Origin: Verrucomicrobiales bacterium
GTDB lineage: Bacteria > Verrucomicrobiota > Verrucomicrobiia > Verrucomicrobiales > V1-33
Direction: 5' to 3'
NCBI GenBank assembly: GCA_031411295.1
Contig: JANOAV010000059.1
Span: 19,477 to 83,476 of the forward strand
DNA length: 64,000 bases
Of the stretch, positions 1 through 9,510 are shown in pieces (within the stretch, counting starts at the first letter, position 1; every line of letters begins with the position of its first letter). The translations under genes were made by a program, and so were the position numbers. Below the pieces are notes generated by a model, which made no database searches, had not been told where the DNA came from, and saw nothing but the letters and a program-made list of their open reading frames with translations.

Positions 1-201
1 ATAGGCAACGGAAAGTCGCCCTAGAAAAGAGGTGAGGCCTGGTTCGTCAGCGGTAGAAGGGGCCAATTCTGCAAAGGCAATGGGACTGATGATCAACGGT
101 CCTTCGGATGCGGCTCTAAGCAGAGCCTGAAGCCAAGACTCGTAGCCGGACTCCTGTTTGATGATGGCCCAGAGGACAGAGGAATCAAGGGCTGTGATCA
201 T
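1..201 (-). CDS. vapC: PIN-domain toxin (VapC-like), truncated by window edge
   Basis: Not in the ORF track. Manual translation from ATG at 201 gives MITALDSSVLWAIIKQE...LIISPIAFAEL, with the PIN N-terminal Asp motif and S-x5-E helix. ATGA overlap with the antitoxin stop. Confidence 0.8.
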   Translation of the reverse strand, partial: MITALDSSVLWAIIKQESGYESWLQALLRAASEGPLIISPIAFAELAPSTADEPGLTSFLGRLSVAY

Positions 202-479
202 GGCAATAGGGATTCGGGCTCCACCGGACCACCACGCAGATCGTCAATGATGTCCGTAGCCGATTGATGCTCCCAAGGGTGGCCTTTGAGGGCTTTGGTG
301 GCCGACTTTTGCCAGGCCGACAAGGTCTGCTCCCACTCGGCCCGATTCACCACCCGATGGGCAGTGAGCACGGGGGCGGTCTCGTCAAATTCCAATTGGT
401 CCCCGGCTTTGAGGTTGAGTCGCTGACGAATCGCCAAGGGGATCGTGATCTGTCCTTTAGATGTAAGGGTAGCTGTCAT
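198..479 (-). CDS. AbrB/MazE/SpoVT-family antitoxin
   Basis: MTATLTSKGQITIPLAIRQRLNLKAGDQLEF is the AbrB signature; translationally coupled to the PIN gene. Confidence 0.85.
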   Translation of the reverse strand: MTATLTSKGQITIPLAIRQRLNLKAGDQLEFDETAPVLTAHRVVNRAEWEQTLSAWQKSATKALKGHPWEHQSATDIIDDLRGGPVEPESLLP

Positions 480-632
480 GCGTGGAGAGTAAGGTTGAAA
501 AGTAAGGATGTCAACATTCACCACCGAGATCTTGCTTTACAGCGTCCTGACGATGGGTTGATATCGTCTGTCCTAAACCGGACTGCTGAGGCTGTCTGGT
601 TACTCCTACCTTTCCCACTTCGTCCTACCCCA

Positions 633-1949
633 ATGACCCACGCTCTCTCTCTTGCGTTGACCCTGCTGCTCTTTCCTCTCTTGGGGCAAGCCGCAGAGGT
701 AAATCTCAAGCCCAACATCGTTTACTTGCTAGTAGATGACATGGGCTATGCCGATTGTGGTTTCAATGGCGGGACTGACATTCGCACGCCAAACATTGAC
801 AAGCTCGCGAAGCAGGGTGCCATCTTGAAATCTTTTTACGTGCAGCCGCTTTGCTCGCCAACCCGTGCGGCTCTGCTCACAGGCCGCTACCCCACGCATA
901 CCGGAGTTTATAGCGTCGTCACGCCGGGGGCTGCTTGGGGGCTGCCGCTGGATGAACGCACATTGCCTCAGGCCTTGAGCGAGGTGGGCTACACGACGGC
1001 CATTTGCGGCAAATGGCATCTGGGAGAATTCAAAACGGAATATCGGCCGAACCAACGTGGATTTCAACATCAGTATGGTCACATGATGGGGAATCTGGAT
1101 TATTTCACGCACATTCGGGATGGCAAGCTGGACTGGTATCGCAATGACAAACCGCTGGAAGAAGAAGGTTACACCACCCGGCTGATCGCCAAGGAAGCCA
1201 CCCGCCTCATCAAGGAGCAATCGGTCGATAAGCCGCTGTTTCTCTATGTCCCCTTCAATGGCATCCATTCGCCCTTTCAAGTCCCTGAGGGCGATGCCAA
1301 GCCTTACGAGGATCTCCCAAAGCTGCGCAAAACCGTAGCCGGAATGTTAGCGGTAGTGGACGAGGCCGTTGGCCAAATCGCCACTGCCCTTGAGGAAAAA
1401 GGTCTGCGCGAGAACACGCTAATTATTTTCTCCAGCGACAACGGCGGCCCACATCCCGGCAAGGCCACGATGAATACCCCGCTCAAAGGGGGCAAGGGCA
1501 GTATCAACGAGGGCGGGGTCCGCGTAGCAGCGTTTGCCACTTGGCCAGGGAAAATCCCTGCTGGCACCAGCATCGATGAGCCGATGCACATCGTGGATTG
1601 GTATCCCACGCTGTTGAAACTCACCGGCACCCCCGCAGCCCAGAAACACGCCCCTGATGGTCTCGATATCTGGCCGGTCCTAACGCAGGGGAAAAAATCT
1701 CCCCATGAGGCGCTGTTGCTGCACGGAACCAATCTGAATGTCAAAGCGCTCCGCATGGGCGACTGGAAATTGCACGTTCCCGCCAACGGCAAAATAGAAT
1801 TATATAACCTTGCCAAAGACATCTCCGAGAAGCAAAATCTGGCGGAGTCCAAGCCGGAGCGCGTCAAGGAACTGCGCGCCAAATTGGATGAATTAACCAA
1901 GGACGCAGTTCCCTTGGGCGGCCCACAGCCTGGCGCAGACAAAGAATAG
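633..1949 (+). CDS. Secreted sulfatase 1 (arylsulfatase B-like, Cys-type)
   Basis: Signal peptide from MTHALSL; PNIVYLLVDDMGY, CSPTRAALLTGRY, GKWHLG, SSDNG. Confidence 0.92.
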   Translation: MTHALSLALTLLLFPLLGQAAEVNLKPNIVYLLVDDMGYADCGFNGGTDIRTPNIDKLAKQGAILKSFYVQPLCSPTRAALLTGRYPTHTGVYSVVTPGAAWGLPLDERTLPQALSEVGYTTAICGKWHLGEFKTEYRPNQRGFQHQYGHMMGNLDYFTHIRDGKLDWYRNDKPLEEEGYTTRLIAKEATRLIKEQSVDKPLFLYVPFNGIHSPFQVPEGDAKPYEDLPKLRKTVAGMLAVVDEAVGQIATALEEKGLRENTLIIFSSDNGGPHPGKATMNTPLKGGKGSINEGGVRVAAFATWPGKIPAGTSIDEPMHIVDWYPTLLKLTGTPAAQKHAPDGLDIWPVLTQGKKSPHEALLLHGTNLNVKALRMGDWKLHVPANGKIELYNLAKDISEKQNLAESKPERVKELRAKLDELTKDAVPLGGPQPGADKE

Positions 1950-1980
1950 CCAATCAATCAAACGCCCGTTATTTACACTC

Positions 1981-3519
1981 ATGAAATCACTCCTCCTCAA
2001 TTTACTCTGCGGCTTATTTCTGATGGCTGCTTCGTTTGCCGCCGAACCTGAGCCAGCAACGGCAGACAAATCCAAGCCGAACATCGTCTATATCCTCTGT
2101 GACGATCTCGGGTATGGCGACGTGCATTGCTACAATCCCGAGCGTGGTAAGATCGCGACCCCTAACTTCGATAAGATGGCAACGCAGGGCATGATTTTCA
2201 CCGATGCGCATACCAGCTCTTCCGTCTGCTCTCCCACGCGTTACGGCCTCCTAACTGGGCGCTACAATTGGCGCAGCCGCTTGCAATCCGCTGTGCTACA
2301 TGGCTTCAGCGATCCGTTGATTGCCGCAGATCGCTTGACCGTTCCTGCGTTGCTCAAAGCGCAGGGCTACACGACTGCGATGATTGGGAAATGGCATCTC
2401 GGCATGGGGATTCCAGAGAAGGAGGGTTCTCCCGTGATCAAAGAAGGTCCCATTTCGCGTGGCTTCGATAGCTACTTCGGTATCAGCGCCTCCTTGGACA
2501 TGCCGCCGTTTGCCTTCATTGAAAATGATCATTTCACCGAACCACTCACCACCACTAAGACATGGTTACGAAGCGGACCTGCCGCCGCCAGCTTCGAAGC
2601 GGTGGATGTGCTGCCCACCTTCACCAAGAAAGCCGTCGAACTCATCACCGCCCAGGCCAAGGCAGGTAAACCTTTCTTTCTCTATCTAGCGCTGAATTCA
2701 CCACACACCCCAATTGTGCCATCCAAGGAATGGCAGGGGAAAAGCGGGCTCAGTGACTATGGTGATTTTGTGATGGAGACAGATTGGACCTTGGGGAAAG
2801 TGCTGGGGGCGATTGATGAATCCGGGATCGGAAGCAACACGCTGGTCGTTATCACGAGCGACAACGGCTGCTCGCCTGCGGCCAAGATTCCCGATCTCCA
2901 ATCCAAGGGCCACTTCCCTAACGGAAATCTGCGTGGCATGAAAGCAGACGTCTTCGATGGGGGGCATCGCGTTCCCTTCATCGTCCGCTGGCCGGACCGC
3001 GTGAAGGCTGGTAGCCGCAGTGATCAAACCATCTGCCATACCGATCTCATGGCCACCTGTGCGGGCATCCTCAACACCAAGCTTCCGGATACCGCTGGCG
3101 AAGACAGCTTCAGCATTCTACCAGCCCTCCTCGGCACTGACAAAGCCCCGCTGCGCGAGGCCATCGTGCATCATACGATCAATGGTTCCTTTGCCATCCG
3201 TCAGGGTAAGTGGAAACTGGAACTCTGTCCTGGCTCTGGAGGCTGGAGCGACCCCAAACCCGGCAGCAAGGACGAAGCCGGTCTGCCCCTGACACAACTC
3301 TACGATCTCACGGCCGATCTTGCAGAAGCGAAGAACCTGTCTGCGGAACATCCCGCTGAGGTTGCAAGTCTGACCAAGCTGCTGGAACAATACATTGCCA
3401 ATGGCCGCAGCACGCCTGGTGCGAAGCAGACCAACGACGCTGAAATTGAAATTCGTAAGATTCCCAAAGCCGCCAAGCAAGGCAAGGCCGCCAAGAAGGG
3501 CAAGGCCGAGCAGGAGTAA
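1981..3519 (+). CDS. Secreted sulfatase 2 (arylsulfatase A-like)
   Basis: Signal peptide; DDLGYGD, CSPTRYGLLTGRY, GKWHLG, TSDNG. Confidence 0.93.
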   Translation: MKSLLLNLLCGLFLMAASFAAEPEPATADKSKPNIVYILCDDLGYGDVHCYNPERGKIATPNFDKMATQGMIFTDAHTSSSVCSPTRYGLLTGRYNWRSRLQSAVLHGFSDPLIAADRLTVPALLKAQGYTTAMIGKWHLGMGIPEKEGSPVIKEGPISRGFDSYFGISASLDMPPFAFIENDHFTEPLTTTKTWLRSGPAAASFEAVDVLPTFTKKAVELITAQAKAGKPFFLYLALNSPHTPIVPSKEWQGKSGLSDYGDFVMETDWTLGKVLGAIDESGIGSNTLVVITSDNGCSPAAKIPDLQSKGHFPNGNLRGMKADVFDGGHRVPFIVRWPDRVKAGSRSDQTICHTDLMATCAGILNTKLPDTAGEDSFSILPALLGTDKAPLREAIVHHTINGSFAIRQGKWKLELCPGSGGWSDPKPGSKDEAGLPLTQLYDLTADLAEAKNLSAEHPAEVASLTKLLEQYIANGRSTPGAKQTNDAEIEIRKIPKAAKQGKAAKKGKAEQE

Positions 3520-3540
3520 ATCCTCACAAATACCAATCGC

Positions 3541-5055
3541 ATGAACCTGTTCCGCTTGGCGGGCATCGCATTCTTTCTAACGGTCACCGTGCTGACTGTC
3601 GGCTCTGGTGCTATGTCGCGCGCAGCGGCACCTCCACCTAACGTGGTGTTGATTCTGGTTGATGACCTCGGCTATTCGGATCTCGGTTGCTTCGGAGCAA
3701 AGGACATTCGCACTCCCAACATTGACAAACTCGCGGCCCAGGGGACGCGCTTCACCAGCTTTTATGTGGCGCAGGCGGTCTGCACTGCGAGTCGTGCCGC
3801 CTTGCTGAGCGGCTGCTATCCGAATCGGGTAGGAATGGCTGGAGCGTTGAATCATACAAGCCGCAATGGAATTCACCCTGACGAATGGTTGCTGCCGGAG
3901 ATGCTCAAGGATCGTGGCTACGCGACAACCTGCATCGGTAAATGGCACTTGGGCACCGTGCCCAGCCTGCGGGCGACCCGTCATGGCTTCGATGAATGGT
4001 TCGGCATTCCTTACTCGAACGACAACTCGAAATATCATCCCGTGCTGGCCGCAGAAATGCCGCCGCTGCCAATGCATGACGGAGACCAGGTGGTGGAACT
4101 GGATCCTGACCAGAGTCAGTTCACGCGTCGTTTCACCGAACGAGCCGTGTCGTTCATCGAGCGCAGCGCCAAGCAACCGTTCTTCCTTTACCTCCCGCAT
4201 GTCATGCCGCATGTGCCAATTTTTGCGTCAGAGAAATTTAAAGGCCGGTCCCAGCGAGGGCTCTTTGGTGATGTGGTGGAGGAACTCGACTGGTCCGTGG
4301 GCGAAGTGCTGGCAACGCTGGACCGACTGAAGTTGGCGGATAATACCATCGTCATTTTGTTCTCCGACAATGGTCCGTGGTTGAGCTATGGCGATCACGC
4401 AGGCTCGGCTCGGCCATTACGTGAAGGTAAGCTGACGGCGTTCGATGGCGGCATGCGCTCACCTTTGGTGGTGCGCTGGCCCGGTAACGTTCCTGCAGGA
4501 CGCACCAGCGATGTGCCGTGGATGGCGATTGATTGGTTGCCGACTATAACAGAAATTGTAGATGGAAAAAAATCCACGCTCAAAATCGACGGCGTGAGCG
4601 CCAAGCCGCTTCTGCTCGGAGAACCCGGAGCCAAACCTCCCCATGAGGCACTGTTCTTCTATGCTGGCGAGGAATTGCACGCCGTCCGCAGTGGCGAATG
4701 GAAACTCCATTTCACCCACCCCTATCTGACCACCGCAGCCGAACCAGGCCACGGTGGTAAACCGTCCAACTGGGGTAAAGCCACCCCGCGCGCCATTAAC
4801 GATTCCAGTATGGAAGCCATCGCGAGCCGGCACGGACAACGCGTCGAACGTCTGGAGTTGTCATTGTTCAACCTACCTTCTGACCCCGGTGAAACGAAAA
4901 ACATTGCAGGTGAGCATCCGGAAATAGTGGCGCGACTTTCCACCCTAGCCGAAACCATGCGACTCGATCTGGGCGATGCACTCAAGGGTGCGAAAGGCCC
5001 AGGATGCCGCCCGGCAGGGTTTGAACCACTTCCAACAAAATCAATTTCCAAATGA
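3541..5055 (+). CDS. Secreted sulfatase 3 (arylsulfatase A-like, CxAxR variant)
   Basis: DDLGYSD, CTASRAALLSG, GKWHLG, YSND, SDNGP. Confidence 0.92.
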   Translation: MNLFRLAGIAFFLTVTVLTVGSGAMSRAAAPPPNVVLILVDDLGYSDLGCFGAKDIRTPNIDKLAAQGTRFTSFYVAQAVCTASRAALLSGCYPNRVGMAGALNHTSRNGIHPDEWLLPEMLKDRGYATTCIGKWHLGTVPSLRATRHGFDEWFGIPYSNDNSKYHPVLAAEMPPLPMHDGDQVVELDPDQSQFTRRFTERAVSFIERSAKQPFFLYLPHVMPHVPIFASEKFKGRSQRGLFGDVVEELDWSVGEVLATLDRLKLADNTIVILFSDNGPWLSYGDHAGSARPLREGKLTAFDGGMRSPLVVRWPGNVPAGRTSDVPWMAIDWLPTITEIVDGKKSTLKIDGVSAKPLLLGEPGAKPPHEALFFYAGEELHAVRSGEWKLHFTHPYLTTAAEPGHGGKPSNWGKATPRAINDSSMEAIASRHGQRVERLELSLFNLPSDPGETKNIAGEHPEIVARLSTLAETMRLDLGDALKGAKGPGCRPAGFEPLPTKSISK

Positions 5056-6524
5056 AATCGCACGTCCTTTTTGGTCTCCTTTTGATTGCTGCATCCTCCT
5101 GCCGGCTGACCGCTGCCGAGACGACTAAGCCAAACATTGTCTATATCCTAGCCGACGATCTCGGTTATGGTGATGTGCATTGCCTCAACCCAGAGCGGGG
5201 AAAAATTAAGACCCCGAATCTCGACAAGCTTGCCTCGCAAGGGATGACCTTTACCGATGCTCATAGCGGTTCGTCCGTCTGCTCGCCCACCCGCTATGGC
5301 TTGCTTACTGGACGCTACGCGTGGCGGTCGCGATTGCAGTCCGGGGTGCTTGATGGATACGTGGAGCCGCTCCTCGCTGCGGACCGGCTCACAGTCCCGG
5401 GACTGCTGAAACGAAATGGCTATCACACTGCGATCATTGGCAAATGGCATCTGGGCTACACCATCGAAGGAGCAGGCAAGAAAGGCGGCGGCAGCGGAAA
5501 GTTGGAAGGAGCACCCTTGGGAGCGATCACCAAGGACGGGCCGGTGACGCGTGGCTTTGATGAGTTTTTTGGATTTCATCACGCCCGGATGATGAAATCG
5601 GTGTTCCAGAATGATCGCGTCACGCAGATGATCGAGCCCGTGGACATCCTGCCAGCCTTGGTCAAGCACAGTGCCGACTACATCGTGGAGCGCAGCAAAG
5701 CAGGGACACCGTTCATGCTTTATCTACCACTCAATTCACCGCACACGCCCATCGTGCCAGCGAAGGAATGGCAGGGTAAAAGCGGCCTGGGTGACTACGC
5801 CGATTTCGTTATGGAGACCGACTGGGCCGTGGGCGAAGTGCTCGCATCCCTGGACAAAGCAGGCGTGGCGGACAAGACCCTCGTCATTTTCACGAGCGAC
5901 AATGGCTGCTCCAAAGCTGCCGGGATCTCGCAGTTGGAGCAACAAGGCCACTATCCGAGTGCCGACCTGCGAGGATCAAAGTCGGACATCTGGGATGGCG
6001 GGCATCGCGTGCCGTTCTTTGTGCGCTGGCCGGGACAAGTGAAGGCTGGATCGCAAACCGAGCGTCTCATCTGCCACACCGACCTCATGGCCACTTGCGC
6101 GAACATCCTTGGAGCCAAGCTCCCTGACAATGCCGCCGAAGACAGCGTGAGCATTCTTCCAGTGATGCTTGGCAAAGACACCGTGGCCCCACACGAAGCT
6201 GTCGTTCATCACAGCATAGCCGGTCGATTTGCGATTCGACAAGCTCAGTGGAAACTGGAATTCTGCCCTGGCTCCGGCGGTTGGACAGCACCCGGGGATG
6301 CCGCTGCGAAGAAGCAAGGCCTGCCGGACCTGCAACTCTATGATTTGCTGACCGACAAGGGAGAAACTAAGAATGTGCAAGCCGAGCATCCCGAGATCGT
6401 GGAAAAGCTCACCAAGCTGCTGGAACAAACCATCACCAACGGCCGAAGCACGCCCGGTCCAAAGCAGGCCAATGACGCTGCCATCATCGTCAATAAAGCA
6501 AACTCGAAGGCTCCGAAGGAATAG
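5052..6524 (+). CDS. Secreted sulfatase 4 (paralog of sulfatase 2)
   Basis: CSPTRYGLLTGRY, GKWHLG; 4-nt overlap with the upstream gene. Confidence 0.93.
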   Translation: MKSHVLFGLLLIAASSCRLTAAETTKPNIVYILADDLGYGDVHCLNPERGKIKTPNLDKLASQGMTFTDAHSGSSVCSPTRYGLLTGRYAWRSRLQSGVLDGYVEPLLAADRLTVPGLLKRNGYHTAIIGKWHLGYTIEGAGKKGGGSGKLEGAPLGAITKDGPVTRGFDEFFGFHHARMMKSVFQNDRVTQMIEPVDILPALVKHSADYIVERSKAGTPFMLYLPLNSPHTPIVPAKEWQGKSGLGDYADFVMETDWAVGEVLASLDKAGVADKTLVIFTSDNGCSKAAGISQLEQQGHYPSADLRGSKSDIWDGGHRVPFFVRWPGQVKAGSQTERLICHTDLMATCANILGAKLPDNAAEDSVSILPVMLGKDTVAPHEAVVHHSIAGRFAIRQAQWKLEFCPGSGGWTAPGDAAAKKQGLPDLQLYDLLTDKGETKNVQAEHPEIVEKLTKLLEQTITNGRSTPGPKQANDAAIIVNKANSKAPKE

Positions 6525-6593
6525 ACGTTCAGCGAATAATTATTCTACTGTTACGTTACATAGCATTTACCAACACCCATTGTTTACACCCTC

Positions 6594-8027
6594 ATGAAAT
6601 ACATTTCTCTGCTTCTGATCATTAACTGGGTCATACAGGTCGACGGACTCAATGCCGCTGAGAAATCCAAGCCTAACATTCTCCACATCCACGCCGACGA
6701 TCATCGGGCGGATGGCCTCCACGCGTTGGGGAATCCATTGTTGATTACACCGAATCTCGATACGCTTGTCGAGCGTGGCATGACTTTCACGCATTGTTAT
6801 ACGATGGGCTCAATGATAGGCGCGGTGTGCACTCCGAGCCGCACCATGATGCTCACCGGTCGCTCCTGGCAGCGCATTCCTGGGGCTCCGGGGGCCGCCG
6901 CCAATGCCAAGGACCCTGACACTTTTCTACCGAGAGTGATCCAGGCTGCAGGCTATCAAACTTGGCACATGGGCAAGTATGGCAACGGTTTCCCGGCTGG
7001 GTTGCAGACGTTTGAAACGAGCATCAGAGATGACGCCCACGGCAATGGGGACGACGTGGACCGCGCCCATTGCAGTCAGCGTCTGGCCGACGGCACGATT
7101 GAGTTTCTAAAGAAACGCACGGCTGATAAAGCAGCGAAGCCCTTTTACATCTACATTGCCCCGCCTGTCCCGCACGATCCCCGTTCTGCGGAACCTCAGT
7201 TTCACAAACTCTACGATCCCGCCAAGATTCCGCTTTCCCCGGCCTTTATGCCGCAACATCCATTCGACAACGGGGAAATGACGGTGCGCGATGAAGCCCT
7301 GGCCCCATGGCCCAGAACCCCCAAAGACACCAAACAACAAAACGCGGATTACTATTCCTGCGTGACTGGGCTGGATCACCATATCGGCCGCATTTTTGCC
7401 GAACTGAAGGCCAGTGGTCAGTGGGAGAACACCATCATTATCTTCAGTGGCGACAACGGCCTTTCCCTTGGGGAGCACGGTCTCTTCGGTAAACAGAATC
7501 TCTATGAGTTCGGCGGGATGCACGTCCCTTGCGTCATCGCTGGACCGGGCGTCACCAAAGGTAAGAGCGAAGCCCTCGTTTACCTCATGGACCTCTTCCC
7601 CACCCTCGCGGAGTTTGCTGGAGCCAAACTTCCTCAGGGCGTGGAAGGCAAAAGCCTGGTTCCCATCCTGGCTGGTAAAGAAACCAAAGTCCGGGACGTG
7701 CTCTATACCGGCTACCGAGACGGACAGCGGGCGATTCGTGATAGTCGCTGGAAACTCATCCGGTATCCGCTCGTGGATCGCACCCAACTCTTCGATCTCA
7801 GCACCGATCCGCTTGAACTAGCCAACCTGGCGGACAAACCAGAGCACGGAGCCAAGGTGACCGAACTAACCGCCCTGCTCACCAAGGAAATGACCACCCA
7901 TGCCGACACGCACCCGCTCAAAGTGGCCAACCCAAAACCAGCCGAATGGACACCGCCTACCGCTGGGGGCAAGGCCAACAAAAAAGCGCAGAAGGCGGCC
8001 AAAGCACCTGCGTCGAAGAAGCCATAA
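6594..8027 (+). CDS. Secreted sulfatase 5 (choline-sulfatase-like clade)
   Basis: PNILHIHADDHR, GAVCTPSRTMMLTGR, PHDP, GDNG, GKQNLYE. Confidence 0.9.
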   Translation: MKYISLLLIINWVIQVDGLNAAEKSKPNILHIHADDHRADGLHALGNPLLITPNLDTLVERGMTFTHCYTMGSMIGAVCTPSRTMMLTGRSWQRIPGAPGAAANAKDPDTFLPRVIQAAGYQTWHMGKYGNGFPAGLQTFETSIRDDAHGNGDDVDRAHCSQRLADGTIEFLKKRTADKAAKPFYIYIAPPVPHDPRSAEPQFHKLYDPAKIPLSPAFMPQHPFDNGEMTVRDEALAPWPRTPKDTKQQNADYYSCVTGLDHHIGRIFAELKASGQWENTIIIFSGDNGLSLGEHGLFGKQNLYEFGGMHVPCVIAGPGVTKGKSEALVYLMDLFPTLAEFAGAKLPQGVEGKSLVPILAGKETKVRDVLYTGYRDGQRAIRDSRWKLIRYPLVDRTQLFDLSTDPLELANLADKPEHGAKVTELTALLTKEMTTHADTHPLKVANPKPAEWTPPTAGGKANKKAQKAAKAPASKKP

Positions 8028-8118
8028 ACCTAGTCCCAGCCGATTGATCCATTGCGTCCTTATTATTTTGTTTGGATAATTCTTCAGCCCACATTCTCCT
8101 GCCAACTCATCCCCACTA

Positions 8119-9489
8119 ATGCTTAAAATATTTCTGTTCACCACCTTCGCGCTCTGCTGTAGCAACGCCTCGGCCGAGAAACCCAACATCATTTTCATCC
8201 TCAGCGACGACCTCGCGCAGGGCGATGTTGGCTGCTATGGACAGAAGCTCATTGCGACACCGAACCTCGACCGCATGGCCAAGGAGGGCACACGCTACAC
8301 CCAAGCTTTCTGCGGCACCACCGTCTGTGCGCCCAGCCGCTCCTCCCTCATGACCGGGCTGCACAGTGGCCATTGCCCGGTCCGGGGGAACTGGGAATTG
8401 CCTGGCGAGGGCCAGCTTCCGTTGCCTGCGGAGACCACCACAATTGCAGAGATTCTGCACACTGAGGGCTACGCTACCGCCTGCATGGGCAAGTGGGGCA
8501 TGGGGATGTTCGACACCACGGGCAGTCCGTTGAAACAAGGCTTCGATCATTTCTTTGGCTACAATTGCCAACGCCATGCGCACTCGTATTTTCCCACCTA
8601 TCTTTATCGGGACGCGACACGTTTCGATCTACCGGGAAATGACGGCAAGGGTATTGGCAAGACTTACGCCCAGAATCTCATTCAGGAAGACGTGATTTCC
8701 TGGGTCCGTGGTCTGAAAGAGAAACCTTTCTTTCTCTACTACGCCATCACCCTGCCGCACGGCACTCATGAAATCGACGACCTCGGATCCTATGCCGACA
8801 AGCCCTGGCCAGCGGAGCAAAAATCCTATGCCGCCCAAGTAACCCGCCTCGATCGGGATATCGGAGCGTTGCTCGATTTGCTGCGAGCATTGAAGATCGA
8901 TGACAAAACGCTCGTCATGGTCGCTGGCGACAATGGTTCCTCTTTTGAACCAAAGTCTGCCATGGGGAAACTCTTCGATCAAGCTGCCAACGGCCTCCGC
9001 GGCTACAAGCGCAGCCTTTACGAAGGAGCCCTCCGGCAGGCCGCCATCGCCCGCTGGCCAGGGGTCGTGACGGCGGGTCGGGTGAGCGATGAGCCCTGGG
9101 CCTTTTGGGATTTCCTGCCGACTGCCGCTGAGCTGGCTGGCGCCAAAATTCCGACCGAGTGCAAGACCGATGGTCACTCGCTCGTCAGTTATTTGAAAGG
9201 CGGAACAGCCCCCCAGCGCGACCACTTTCATTGGGAGCTTCACGAAACCGCCAAGCCGCTGCAAGCCGTTCGCTTCGGCAACTGGAAAGCCGTGAAGAAC
9301 GGCCCGCAGGCAGCGATTGAGCTCTACGATCTCGCCACCGATCCGGGCGAGAAATCAGACGTTGCATCCAGCCATCCCGATCTTATACAGCAAGCCGTTG
9401 CGCTCATGCAAGCTGAGCACACGCCCGACCCAAACTGGCCCCTAACCGGCCTCGCCCCGCAGCGGAAAAATAAGCCCGCTGCCAAATAG
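8119..9489 (+). CDS. Secreted sulfatase 6
   Basis: [36 protein letters not shown]. Confidence 0.92.
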   Translation: MLKIFLFTTFALCCSNASAEKPNIIFILSDDLAQGDVGCYGQKLIATPNLDRMAKEGTRYTQAFCGTTVCAPSRSSLMTGLHSGHCPVRGNWELPGEGQLPLPAETTTIAEILHTEGYATACMGKWGMGMFDTTGSPLKQGFDHFFGYNCQRHAHSYFPTYLYRDATRFDLPGNDGKGIGKTYAQNLIQEDVISWVRGLKEKPFFLYYAITLPHGTHEIDDLGSYADKPWPAEQKSYAAQVTRLDRDIGALLDLLRALKIDDKTLVMVAGDNGSSFEPKSAMGKLFDQAANGLRGYKRSLYEGALRQAAIARWPGVVTAGRVSDEPWAFWDFLPTAAELAGAKIPTECKTDGHSLVSYLKGGTAPQRDHFHWELHETAKPLQAVRFGNWKAVKNGPQAAIELYDLATDPGEKSDVASSHPDLIQQAVALMQAEHTPDPNWPLTGLAPQRKNKPAAK

Positions 9490-9510
9490 CCCCCATTCCT
9501 CTTTCACATC

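Noticed and set aside
264..632. 123-aa N-terminal extension of the first sulfatase ORF
   Set aside because: It overlaps the antitoxin on the opposite strand, and a clean signal peptide begins at ATG 633.
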